From the NCBI GenBank assembly GCA_964555685.1, contig CAZKTO010000004.1, forward strand, positions 10,858-74,857: a stretch of DNA of 64,000 nt. The letters run 5' to 3'. The DNA is from an uncultured Dehalococcoidia bacterium (lineage in GTDB: Bacteria; Chloroflexota; Dehalococcoidia; SHYB01). The notes below the pieces were generated by a model. That model was not told where the DNA came from. It saw only the letters and a list, made by a program, of their open reading frames with translations, and did no database searches. Of this stretch, positions 19,561 to 27,865 are shown one piece after another. The translations under genes and the position numbers were made by a program. The number at the start of each line of letters is the position of its first letter. Within the stretch, counting starts at the first letter, position 1.

Positions 19561-19700
19561 AACTGGTTGCAAACGTGTCATTCCGAGCCGTCAGGCGAGG
19601 GGTCTGGGGAGGGGAGGTCCTCCCCTCCCCAGACCCCTCAGCCGCAGACGGCCTCGGGGTGGCAGGGACTCGGCCGTTTGGCGAGTTTTGCAATGGGTTG
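19558..19700 (+). mobile_element. CTAG..GGTTGCAAA hairpin MITE, copy 2 (more diverged; contains a 43-nt perfect palindrome at 19597..19639)
   Basis: TAGAACTGGTTGCAAACGTGTCATTCCGAGCCG...GAGTTTTGCAATGGGTT. Its first TAG is the amidohydrolase stop codon. Confidence 0.75.
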
Positions 19701-19714
19701 CAGTACTCAGTCAC

Positions 19715-19991
19715 GGTAGATTTGAAAGACCGACTGTGCAGTTCTCACTGCCCTCTCCCCCGTCCCCTCTCCGACACGGAGAGGGGCGCTCCGTATTCCC
19801 CCTTCCCTCGCAGGGAAGGGGGCTAGGGGGTTAGGGCCGAGGCACGGTGGATTTGAAAGACCGACTGTGCAGTTCTCACTGCCCTCTCCCCCGTCCCCTC
19901 TCCGACACGGAGAGGGGCGCACCGTATTCCCCCTCCCTCGCAGGGAAGGAGCCAGGCGCCGTCCTGAGCCTGCCGAAGGAGGGTTAGGGCC
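19715..19991 (+). repeat. Tandem duplication of a ~131-bp unit, each unit being a 33-nt flank plus a type-A element (cores 19748..19838 and 19879..19991)
   Basis: GGTAGATTTGAAAGACCGACTGTGCAGTTCTCACTGCCCTCTCC... repeats at 19846 with 1 mismatch in the flank. Unit 2 carries an extra GCCAGGCGCCGTCCTGAGCCTGCCGAAGGAG segment that is also present in the 34003 copy. Confidence 0.9.
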
Positions 19992-20103
19992 GAAGCAGGG
20001 CTTCACCCTCACCCCGGCAGGCCGGGGTGAGTGAGGGCCTGAGTGCGGTCGCCCATGCCCCGCCCGCCTCGCGCTCTCGTCACACCGCCTTGAAGGGGGT
20101 CCC

Positions 20104-20895
20104 ATGGAGCTGACGCTGCTAGGCCTGAGAGAGAAGGTCGCCCTGGTCACCGGCGGCGCCATGGGCATCGGCAAGGCCAGCGCTCTCTACCTGGCCCGGG
20201 CCGGATGCCACGTCGCCATCGCCGATATCGATGGCGAGGGCGCCCGCAAGACCGCCGCCGAGGTGAAGGACCTTGGCCGCCGCGCCATCGCCGTCACCGC
20301 TGACGTGCGCAGCCAGCAGGGGATCGATCTCATGATCGCCCGGGCGGCGCAGGACCTGGGCCGGCTGGACGTGGCGGTCAACAACGTCGGCGGGCTGGCG
20401 GGCCACTACCTCATGCCGTTCCTGGACGTCACCCCCCAGGTCTACGACGACATCGTCGCCAACAACCTGCGGGCCACCTTCTGGTGCTGCATGGCCGAGG
20501 CCAAGGCCATGATCGCCCGCAAGAGCGGCGGCGCCATCGTCAACATCGCCTCCATCGCCGGCATGCGAGGCGTCCAGCGGAACGCCCCCTACGCGGCGGC
20601 CAAGGCGGGCATCATCAACCTCACCCAGAGCCTCGCCCTGGAGCTGGCCGCCCACGGCATCCGCGTCAACGCGGTGGCCCCGGGCACCACCATCACGGAG
20701 AAGGGCGAGGCCGGCGAGCGGGAGGGCCGGTTCAAGCCCGTGGCCGAGGCGAACCCGATGTAGCGCGCGGGCCGGCCCGACGACCAGGCCGGCGCGGTCC
20801 TCTTCCTCGCTTCGGAGCTGGCGAAGTACGTCAACGGCCATACCCTCGTCGTCGATGGCGGACATTCGGCCGCGATGCCGGTGGTCGCGCCGTAG
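20104..20895 (+). pseudogene. SDR oxidoreductase interrupted by a single in-frame TAG at 20761..20763 (pseudogene, sequencing error or read-through)
   Basis: The track ORF ends ...EANPM*. The same frame continues [33 protein letters not shown], which aligns residue for residue with the C-terminus of the downstream paralogue. Confidence 0.75.
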
Positions 20896-20947
20896 AAGCT
20901 GCCGCCCCCACAGGTCGGGGCGTGGGGGCCGCTCCCAGGAGGTGCCG

Positions 20948-21739
20948 ATGGAGCAATCGCTGCTGGGCCTGAAGGATAAGGTCGCCCTCGTCACCGGCGG
21001 CGGCCAGGGCATCGGCCGGGGCTGCGCCCTCATGCTGGCGAAGGCCGGTTGCCACGTCGCCGTCGCCGACCTCGATCTCGCCCTGGCCCGCAGGACCGTT
21101 CAGGAGATCAAGGCCCTCGGGCGCAGGGGCCACGCCATCCAGGCCGACGTCCGCACCCAAGGGGGCATCGAGGCCATGGTCCGCGGCGCCGTCCAGCGCC
21201 TCGGCGGGCTCGACGTCTGCCTCAACAACGTCGGCGGCCTCGTAGGCCACCGGCCCACGCCCTTCCTCAAGACCACGCGAAAGTCCTACGGCGACATCGT
21301 CGCCAACAACCTGGAGGCGACGTTCTGGTGCTGCATGGCCGAGTCCAAGAGCCTGATCGCTCGCAAGGTGCGGGGCGTCATCATCAACGTCTCCTCGGTC
21401 GCGGGCATCCGCGCGACGATGAACATCTCGCCCTACGGCGCGGCCAAGGCCGGCATCATCAACCTGACCCAGGTGCTGGCTCTCGAGCTGGCGCCCCATG
21501 GCATCCGCGTCAACGCCATCGCGCCCGGCACGACTGCCACGGAGCGCTACCGCGACCGCTACGAGGCCGGCGGCTTCCGTGACGTCGAGGAGGCCAACCC
21601 CATGAAGCGCCTGGCGCAGCCCCAGGACCTGGGCGGCGCGGCCGTCTACCTCGCCTCCGATCTCGCGGCCTACGTCACCGGCCAGACCATCGTCGTCGAT
21701 GGCGGCATCTCCCTGGCGACGCCGCGCCCCGCGCCGTGA
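20948..21739 (+). CDS. SDR oxidoreductase (intact tandem paralogue of 20104..20895)
   Basis: VTGGGQGIGRG, NNVGG, YGAAKAG, ...YVTGQTIVVDGG. AGGAGG lies upstream of ATG 20948. Confidence 0.9.
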   Translation: MEQSLLGLKDKVALVTGGGQGIGRGCALMLAKAGCHVAVADLDLALARRTVQEIKALGRRGHAIQADVRTQGGIEAMVRGAVQRLGGLDVCLNNVGGLVGHRPTPFLKTTRKSYGDIVANNLEATFWCCMAESKSLIARKVRGVIINVSSVAGIRATMNISPYGAAKAGIINLTQVLALELAPHGIRVNAIAPGTTATERYRDRYEAGGFRDVEEANPMKRLAQPQDLGGAAVYLASDLAAYVTGQTIVVDGGISLATPRPAP

Positions 21740-21811
21740 AGGCTCCTCGGGAAGACCTACAGAGACTTGCACAGAGAACTAAACCCGTGCAGCGTCCGTG
21801 GTTCCAGCAGT

Positions 21812-21853
21812 CCCCCCTTCCCTAAGTAGGGAAGGGGGCTAGGGGGTTAGGGC
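21812..21853 (+). repeat. Half type-A element, followed by a separate 10-bp-stem hairpin (21869..21897)
   Basis: CCCCCCTTCCCtaagtaGGGAAGGGGGCTAGGGGGTTAGGGC. Confidence 0.65.
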
Positions 21854-22000
21854 TAGCAACCCCCGGCCCTCATCCCCCGTTGGGAAGGGGGGATGAGCCC
21901 CACCTCTCCCTGGCTCCTTGCCCCCGCGCGCATCGGGAGCTAGGATTGAAACGGCCAGTCGCGGGCGCCGCCGACGCCCTCCCGCGCGCCAAGGAGCCCC

Positions 22001-22795
22001 ATGAGCCACGAGACCATCCTCTACGAGAAGACGGGCCACAAGGCGGTCATCACGCTCAACCGCCCGCAGGCCCTGAACTCCTTCAACCGCGCCATGTCGC
22101 GGGAGCTGGTGGCCGCCTGGAACGAGATCAAGCGCGACGAGGACGTGTGGGTCGTCATCCTCACCGCATCGGGCGACCGGGCCTTCTGCGTCGGCGTGGA
22201 CACCAAGGAGAGCACCAAGGAGACGGAGACGATGAGCCAGTTCCAGCGCTGGAAGGAGGTCCCCGGCTCCCAGCTCACGGCCCGCCAGAACGGCTGCTGG
22301 AAACCCGTCATCACGGCCGTCAACGGCATGTGCTCCGGCGGCGGCTTCTACTTCGTCGGCGATAGCGACATCGTCATCTGCTCGGAGAGCGCAACCTTCT
22401 TCGATCCGCACGTCACGTACGGACGCGTCGCCGCGCTCGAACCCATCGCCCTTACCCGGCGCATGCCCTTCGGCGAGGTCATGCGCATCGCCCTCATGGG
22501 CTCGGCCTGGCGCATGTCCGCCCAGCGGGCCCACCAGGTCGGCCTGGTCCAGGAGGTCGTCCCCCCGCCCCAGCTCATGCCGAAGGCCCACGAGATGGCG
22601 GACGTCCTGGCCGAGCTGCCGCCCCTGGCCCTGGCCGGGACCGTTGAGGCTCTCTGGAAGTCGCTGGAGATGGACCGCCAGGCCGCCCTCGACTTCGGGC
22701 TCCTGGTCGCCCAGCGCAACACCTTCACCGAAGACCACGTCGAAGGGCGCAGAGCGTTCATTGAGAAGCGCAAGCCGCAGTACAAGAACCGCTAG
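22001..22795 (+). CDS. Enoyl-CoA hydratase/isomerase (crotonase family)
   Basis: AVITLNRPQALNSF..., VVILTASGDRAFCVGVD..., ITAVNGMCSGGG. Confidence 0.9.
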   Translation: MSHETILYEKTGHKAVITLNRPQALNSFNRAMSRELVAAWNEIKRDEDVWVVILTASGDRAFCVGVDTKESTKETETMSQFQRWKEVPGSQLTARQNGCWKPVITAVNGMCSGGGFYFVGDSDIVICSESATFFDPHVTYGRVAALEPIALTRRMPFGEVMRIALMGSAWRMSAQRAHQVGLVQEVVPPPQLMPKAHEMADVLAELPPLALAGTVEALWKSLEMDRQAALDFGLLVAQRNTFTEDHVEGRRAFIEKRKPQYKNR

Positions 22796-22841
22796 CCGCC
22801 CCCGCCCGCCCCGCCACGGCGCGCCGGCCCCCCGGCGCAGC

Positions 22842-23561
22842 ATCCTGGGCGTCTTCGCCCACCCGGACGACGAGACCTCCGGCGCTGGCGGCACCTTCAC
22901 CAAGTACGCCCGCCTGGGCGTGCGGGTAGCCGTCGCCACCGCCACCCGCGGCGAGCAGGGACACCTGGGCACCGGCGGCCTCGCCATCGCCCGCGAGGAC
23001 CTGCCCACCGTCCGCGAGCGCGAGCTCCGCTCGGTCCTCCGCCTCTACGGCGCGCGGCCGCCTGTGCTCCTGGGCTACCGCGACCAGGAGGTGAAGGACG
23101 CCGGCTTCGAGGAGATCGTGGGCCGCGTCCTCGCGGCCATGGCCAAGGCGAGGCCCGATATCGTCATCACCTTCGGGCCCACGGGCATCTCCGGCCACGA
23201 CGACCACATCGCCGTCCACCGCGCCACCGTCGAGGCCTTCCACCGCTATCGCCGGTCCCGTCCCCAGAGGGACGAGAGCTCGCCGCGCCTCTTCTACGTC
23301 GCCATCCCCAAGGACCTGGCGAAACGGTTCGGGCTGGACCTGGATGGGCCCGAGACGGAGCCCCACGTCATCGTGGACATCAGCGACACGGCGGCGGTGA
23401 AGGTCCGGGCGCTCCGGACCTACCGGTCGCAGGAGGACGCCCAGCGGCTCGCCGGCCTCTTCGAGCAGCGCGCCCCAAAGATAGAGGCCTTCCACCAGGC
23501 CTACCCGGCGGCGCCCAACGGCCAGGTGCGCGGCGGCTTCTGGGACGAGGACACGGCCTGA
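22842..23561 (+). CDS. PIG-L/LmbE-family deacetylase; start codon unresolved
   Basis: ILGVFAHPDDETSGAGGT..., ITFGPTGISGHDDHIAVH. No ATG/GTG/TTG lies in frame between the crotonase stop and the conserved AHPDDE motif, so the coordinate is the in-frame ATC/CTG just before it. Confidence 0.7.
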   Translation: MLGVFAHPDDETSGAGGTFTKYARLGVRVAVATATRGEQGHLGTGGLAIAREDLPTVRERELRSVLRLYGARPPVLLGYRDQEVKDAGFEEIVGRVLAAMAKARPDIVITFGPTGISGHDDHIAVHRATVEAFHRYRRSRPQRDESSPRLFYVAIPKDLAKRFGLDLDGPETEPHVIVDISDTAAVKVRALRTYRSQEDAQRLAGLFEQRAPKIEAFHQAYPAAPNGQVRGGFWDEDTA

Positions 23562-23616
23562 CCCGGCGCTCAGTCAACTTGATTCTTTGAATCGTGGCAG
23601 AGATGGCTTGACTACT

Positions 23617-24047
23617 CCCTCGTCGTTGCGAGGGCGTCTTCGCCCGTGGCAACCTGGTGGGGTGGCGGCGGCCTGCCTGGGCTGAGGAAGGCGGGGAATG
23701 GGCAAGACCTTCTTTGTGTACATCATGACCAACCCCAGGAAGACCGTGCTCTACACCGGTGTGACGAATGACCTCGCCCGCCGTGTCTATGAGCACAAGG
23801 AGAAACGTGCCCCCGGCTTTGCCTCACGGTACAACGTGACGGACCTTGTCTATTATGAGGTGGCCGAAACCGCCGAAGCTGCCATTGCCCGCGAGAAGCA
23901 GGTGAAGGCAGGCTCTCGTCGGCGCAAGATCGATCTCATTCGGAGGATGAACCCGGCCTGGCGGGACCTGAGCGGTGAGTTGTGAGGGCCCCGCCACCCC
24001 ACCAGATTGCTTCGCCCCGATGATCTCGGGGCTCGCAACGACGAGGG
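23617..24047 (+). mobile_element. 431-bp cassette: GIY-YIG ORF bounded by ~52-57-bp imperfect terminal inverted repeats (23617..23668 and 23991..24047)
   Basis: The left end reads CCCTCGTCGTTGCGAGG...CTGGTGGGGTGGCGG. The reverse complement of the right end reads CCCTCGTCGTTGCGAGC...CTGGTGGGGTGGCGG. The outer 16 nt and inner 15 nt are identical. Confidence 0.6.
23698..23985 (+). CDS. Small GIY-YIG nuclease-superfamily protein (UPF0213-like)
   Basis: FFVYIMTNPRKTVLYTGVTNDLARRVYEHK...LVYYE...A.AREKQVK. Confidence 0.85.
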   Translation: MGKTFFVYIMTNPRKTVLYTGVTNDLARRVYEHKEKRAPGFASRYNVTDLVYYEVAETAEAAIAREKQVKAGSRRRKIDLIRRMNPAWRDLSGEL

Positions 24048-24134
24048 GGTGCCGCTTTACGGGCGGATAGGGTTCGGAACTGAATCTTAACTATTCAACA
24101 AACTAACGTGACTGAGTACTAGAGGGTCGGGGCC

Positions 24135-24737
24135 CTACACCGTCAGATCGAACGCCTGGATCACGCCGTCCACCATCAGCCGGACCGCGATGGCCGCCAG
24201 CAGCAGGTTCGCGATCTTGGACATGGCGCGCAGGCCGCCCTTGCCCAGCACCGCCGTTACCACGTCCGCGAACCGGAAGATCAGCCACGCCGCCGCGATG
24301 TTGGCGACGAACGCCAGGGCCACGGCGCCGTCGCCATAGCGGTCCGAGAGGAGGAGCAGCGTCGCCAGGGTGCCTGGCCCCGCCGTCAGCGGCGTGCCGA
24401 TGGGCACCACCGCGATCATCTCCCGCCGGTCGGGCACGTCCACGAGCCGCCCGCCCACCAGGTCCCTGAGCGCCAGCGCCAGGAGCACGATTCCCCCGGC
24501 GATGGCGAAGTGGTCCACCTCGATGTCCAGCAAGTCCAGGACGGCCTGCCCCAAAAAAAGGAACGCGAAGCCCAGGACCGTCGCCGTCGCCAGGGCGATG
24601 TTGATGAGCCGCATGCGCTCCTTGGGCGCCGAGCCTTCCAGCAGGCCCAGCACGATGGGCAGCGTGCCGATGGCGTCGATGGCCACCAGGAGCGGCACGA
24701 ACGCCAGCAGGAACTCCTTGCCGAACCCCTCGCTCAA
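24135..24737 (-). CDS. MarC-family (UPF0056) integral membrane protein
   Basis: LLAFVPLLVAIDAIGTLPIVLGL... with multiple TM segments. Start guessed at in-frame TTG 24737, because the longer ORF overlaps the CoA-transferase gene. Confidence 0.75.
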   Translation of the reverse strand: MSEGFGKEFLLAFVPLLVAIDAIGTLPIVLGLLEGSAPKERMRLINIALATATVLGFAFLFLGQAVLDLLDIEVDHFAIAGGIVLLALALRDLVGGRLVDVPDRREMIAVVPIGTPLTAGPGTLATLLLLSDRYGDGAVALAFVANIAAAWLIFRFADVVTAVLGKGGLRAMSKIANLLLAAIAVRLMVDGVIQAFDLTV

Positions 24738-24762
24738 CGCCCGCTCCGCGCGCCGTGACGCC

Positions 24763-27342
24763 TCACTGCAACACCCCCAGCGCATCCAGCTCGTCGACGC
24801 GCCGGGGCGGCAGGCCCAGCTCCCGCTCCAGCGCATCCCGCGTGTGCTCGCCCAGGAGCGGCGTCCCCCGTTGCACCACGTGCGGCGAGCGGCTCATCAG
24901 CCATGGCGGGCGCATGCTCACCGGCCGGCCCAGCTTGGCGTGATCGAGGGTCAGGAAGAGCCCGCGCTCCTTCAGGTGCGGGTCCTCGGCGATGCGCCGG
25001 TTGCTCATGGACGGCATGGCGGCCACGCCCGCCGATTGGAGCAGCCGCGTCACCTCGTCGGGCGTCTGGCCCCCCGTCCACGCCGCCACCACCGCCTCCA
25101 GCTCGCTCTGGCGCTGGCGGCGGCCGGCCGCCGTCGCGAACCGGGCGTCGCGGGCCAGGTCCTCGCGGCCCATGGCCAGGCACAGGGCCCGCCACTCCTC
25201 GTCGGTCGCCACGGCGACGCTCACCCACTGGTCAGACCCCGACACGTCGGGGCGCCCCGCGCACCGGAAAACGCCGTGGGGCGCCATCCGCGGGTGGCCG
25301 TTGCCCAGCCGCGGCGGGAGCCGGTTCGCCAGGCCGACCTCGGCGAAGGTGTGCCCGAAGAGGCAGGCGATGGAGCCGTACGAGGCCATGTCGATGTGGC
25401 GCCCCCGGCCGGTGCGCGCTCGTTCCAGGAGCGCCGCCAGGACCGCCAGGGCGATGGTGGCCCCCGCTCGCATGTCCAGAGGCAACTGGAGGAGCGCCGG
25501 CGGGCCGTCCGGGTAGCCCGTGATGGCGCTGAGCCCGCTCAGCCCGGAGAAGACGGCGGCGACGCCGGGGTAATCTTTCTGGGGCCCCGCCGGGCCGAAG
25601 CCCGAGGCCGAGACGGTGACGATCGAGGGGTTCATCTGGCGGAGCACGCCGTGCCCCAGGCCCAGGTCCTCCATGACCCTTGGCCGCATGTTGTCCACCA
25701 CCGCATCGGAGATGCGGACCAGGTCGTGCACCAGCTCTAGCGCCTCGGGCCGCTTCACGTCCAGCGCCACGCTGCGCTTGTTCCAGTTGAGCGCGTGAAA
25801 GTCAGGCGAGGCATCGGGGTCGCTCCCGGACACGACGACGAAGTCCAGGTAGCGGGCGATGTCCAGCCGCTGGCGCGACTCGATCTTGATGACGTCCGCC
25901 CCCAGGCATGCCAGCAGGTGCGTGGCGATGGGCCCGGCGGCCACCCACGTGAACTCGACGATGCGATAGCCCGCCAGCGGTAGAAGGGGACCCTTCGGCA
26001 AGATAGGTCCTTCCCCTTCGAGACTCAGGGTCAGGACTCGCTTCGCTCGGCTCAGGGCAGGCTCTGACCCCACCCCGACAGGTTGGGCCGACTCGCCGGC
26101 CTTCCCGGCACGGGAAGGGGGCAGCCGTGGACCCGGTCCCTGGCCTTCGGCCGGCCCCTCGCCTTTGGGGGAGGAGAGGCCGAACTCGTCCAGGACCTGC
26201 TCCGTATGCTCGCCCAGACGCGGCGCACGCGGAAGGAGGCCGCTGGCGCCGGGCAGGAAAGAGAGGGGCCTGGGCAGCGTCACGCGACGCCCGCCGGGCG
26301 CCTCGACCTCGCCGAAGAGGCCGATGGCCTTCGCCTGGGGCGCCTTGAGCACCTTGTCCGCCGTGGGGAACCAGGCCACGAGCATCCCCCGGCTCTCCAG
26401 CATCTCGAAGACCTCTTCCCCCGTCTTGTCCGAGAGCCAGGCGATGATCTCCGGGTGGACGGCGGGCAGGTTCGCCCGGCGCTGGGCCGCGGTGACGAAG
26501 CGCGGCTCCTTCACCCACTCGGACCGGCCCATGAGCGCGGCCAGCCGCTCCCACTGCTCCTGCCGGTGAAAGGTCAGGAAGACCCACCCGTCCTTGCACG
26601 GGAAGAGCGTCGTGTTGGGCACCTCAACGGTGTAGCGGCCCGAGAGCTGGCCGCGGTTCAGCCAGAGGTCCATGGCGATCCGGGAGGCGTAGACCTCGGC
26701 CTCCCAGCGCGACAGGTCGATGTGCTGGCCGGCGCCGTGGGCGTCCCGGACGAAGAGGGCGGCCAGCACCGCGTCGGCGGCGAGCAGCCCCGCCGTGTAG
26801 TCGGCGATGAGGCCGCCCGCCTGCATCGGCGGACGCCGCGCGTAGACCTGCGGCGGGTGTCCGATGACCGGGGGCAGCATGTACGCCTCGCCGCCCGCGT
26901 GGGCGATGGTGAGGCTCTCGGCCCGCCATCCGGCGCAGGGGCCCGTCTGCCCGAAGGGCGTGATGGAGACCTGGACTAGCGACGGATTACCGGCGCTCAA
27001 CGACGCGTAGTCGAGCCCGAGACGCCGGGCCTCCTCCGGCGCCAGGTCGTCGATGAGCACACCGGCCCGGGCGGCCAGACGGCGCAGGGTCTCGCGCCCC
27101 TCGGCGCCGCGCCAGTCGAGGGCCACGCTCTCCTTGCCGGCGTTGCAGTAGAGGTAGAGCCCGCTGCACTCGGGGTCGGGGCCCGTGAGGGGGAAGGGCC
27201 CGTGCGCCCGCGACGGGTCGCCGCCGGTGGGCTCCTCGATCTTGACGACCCGCGCGCCCAGCTCGGCCAGCAGCCGCCCGCAGTAGGGCCCGGCCACGTG
27301 GGAGGCGAGCTCCAGGACAAGCGCGCCGGCTAGCGGTTGCAC
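24763..27342 (-). CDS. 859-aa tandem fusion of two family-III (CaiB/BaiF) CoA-transferase modules joined by a ~55-aa repeat-derived linker
   Basis: Module 1 starts MQPLAGALVLELASHVAGPYCGRLLAELGARVVKIE. Module 2 starts ...LPLAGYRIVEFTWVAAGPIATHLLACLGADVIKIE. There is no stop between them. The linker DNA (~26002..26175) contains GGCTCAGGGCAGGCTCTGA-type repeat sequence. Confidence 0.8.
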   Translation of the reverse strand: MQPLAGALVLELASHVAGPYCGRLLAELGARVVKIEEPTGGDPSRAHGPFPLTGPDPECSGLYLYCNAGKESVALDWRGAEGRETLRRLAARAGVLIDDLAPEEARRLGLDYASLSAGNPSLVQVSITPFGQTGPCAGWRAESLTIAHAGGEAYMLPPVIGHPPQVYARRPPMQAGGLIADYTAGLLAADAVLAALFVRDAHGAGQHIDLSRWEAEVYASRIAMDLWLNRGQLSGRYTVEVPNTTLFPCKDGWVFLTFHRQEQWERLAALMGRSEWVKEPRFVTAAQRRANLPAVHPEIIAWLSDKTGEEVFEMLESRGMLVAWFPTADKVLKAPQAKAIGLFGEVEAPGGRRVTLPRPLSFLPGASGLLPRAPRLGEHTEQVLDEFGLSSPKGEGPAEGQGPGPRLPPSRAGKAGESAQPVGVGSEPALSRAKRVLTLSLEGEGPILPKGPLLPLAGYRIVEFTWVAAGPIATHLLACLGADVIKIESRQRLDIARYLDFVVVSGSDPDASPDFHALNWNKRSVALDVKRPEALELVHDLVRISDAVVDNMRPRVMEDLGLGHGVLRQMNPSIVTVSASGFGPAGPQKDYPGVAAVFSGLSGLSAITGYPDGPPALLQLPLDMRAGATIALAVLAALLERARTGRGRHIDMASYGSIACLFGHTFAEVGLANRLPPRLGNGHPRMAPHGVFRCAGRPDVSGSDQWVSVAVATDEEWRALCLAMGREDLARDARFATAAGRRQRQSELEAVVAAWTGGQTPDEVTRLLQSAGVAAMPSMSNRRIAEDPHLKERGLFLTLDHAKLGRPVSMRPPWLMSRSPHVVQRGTPLLGEHTRDALERELGLPPRRVDELDALGVLQ

Positions 27343-27415
27343 GATCGCACCGCGGCCTTCGCGTGCGTGGCGTCTGGGTGGTTCATGGGTGGGCGAAGAG
27401 ACGGCTCCCGCGGCC

Positions 27416-27856
27416 TTACGCCTTCCGCCACTGGGGCAGGCTGATGTCCGGCGCCACGTCCTCGAACGTCACCTGGACCGGCATCCCGATGCGCACCTCG
27501 GCGGGCCTCACGTCCATGAGCCGCCCCACCATGAAAACGTTCCCCTCGTCCAGCTTGACCACGGCCACTGGCAGCGGCACCTTGTCGGCGAAGTACGGCA
27601 GCACCGGGTGGTAGGCGATGGTGTAGCTCCACACGATGCCCCGGCCGCTCATGGGGGCCCACTCGTAGCGCATCGAGTGGCAGTCGGGGCAGGCCGGACG
27701 CGGGTAGTAGCGGTAGCTCCGGCAGTCGGAGCAGCGCTGGATGCGCAGCTCGTGCCGTCGGCAGTGCTCCCAGAACTCGTGGTTGTCCCACCCCGGCTGG
27801 GGCAGCGGCAGGCCGGCGTAGGGCGCGAAGGGTGCGTTGGGGTTGGTCTGTGGCAT
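27416..27856 (-). CDS. DUF35 protein (rubredoxin-like Zn ribbon plus OB fold), partner type for thiolase-like enzymes
   Basis: CSDCRSYRYYPRPACPDC zinc ribbon followed by GRGIVWSYTI...VAVVKLDEG..MPVQVTFE. Confidence 0.85.
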   Translation of the reverse strand: MPQTNPNAPFAPYAGLPLPQPGWDNHEFWEHCRRHELRIQRCSDCRSYRYYPRPACPDCHSMRYEWAPMSGRGIVWSYTIAYHPVLPYFADKVPLPVAVVKLDEGNVFMVGRLMDVRPAEVRIGMPVQVTFEDVAPDISLPQWRKA

Positions 27857-27865
27857 GACGGTGTT

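Noticed and set aside
18000-19991. Possible CRISPR array, because short similar repeats recur at 18000, 18130, 19748 and 19879.
   Set aside because: The repeats are ~85 nt, internally palindromic, irregularly spaced and dispersed over the whole window in intergenic gaps. No cas genes are present and there is no regular repeat-spacer periodicity.
20761-20763. Pyrrolysine or another programmed recoding of the in-frame TAG in the SDR gene.
   Set aside because: No pyl genes or PYLIS-like context are visible. The aligned position in the paralogue is an ordinary Lys in a loop. A nonsense mutation or base-call error is the simpler explanation, and it is kept as a finding only on that basis.
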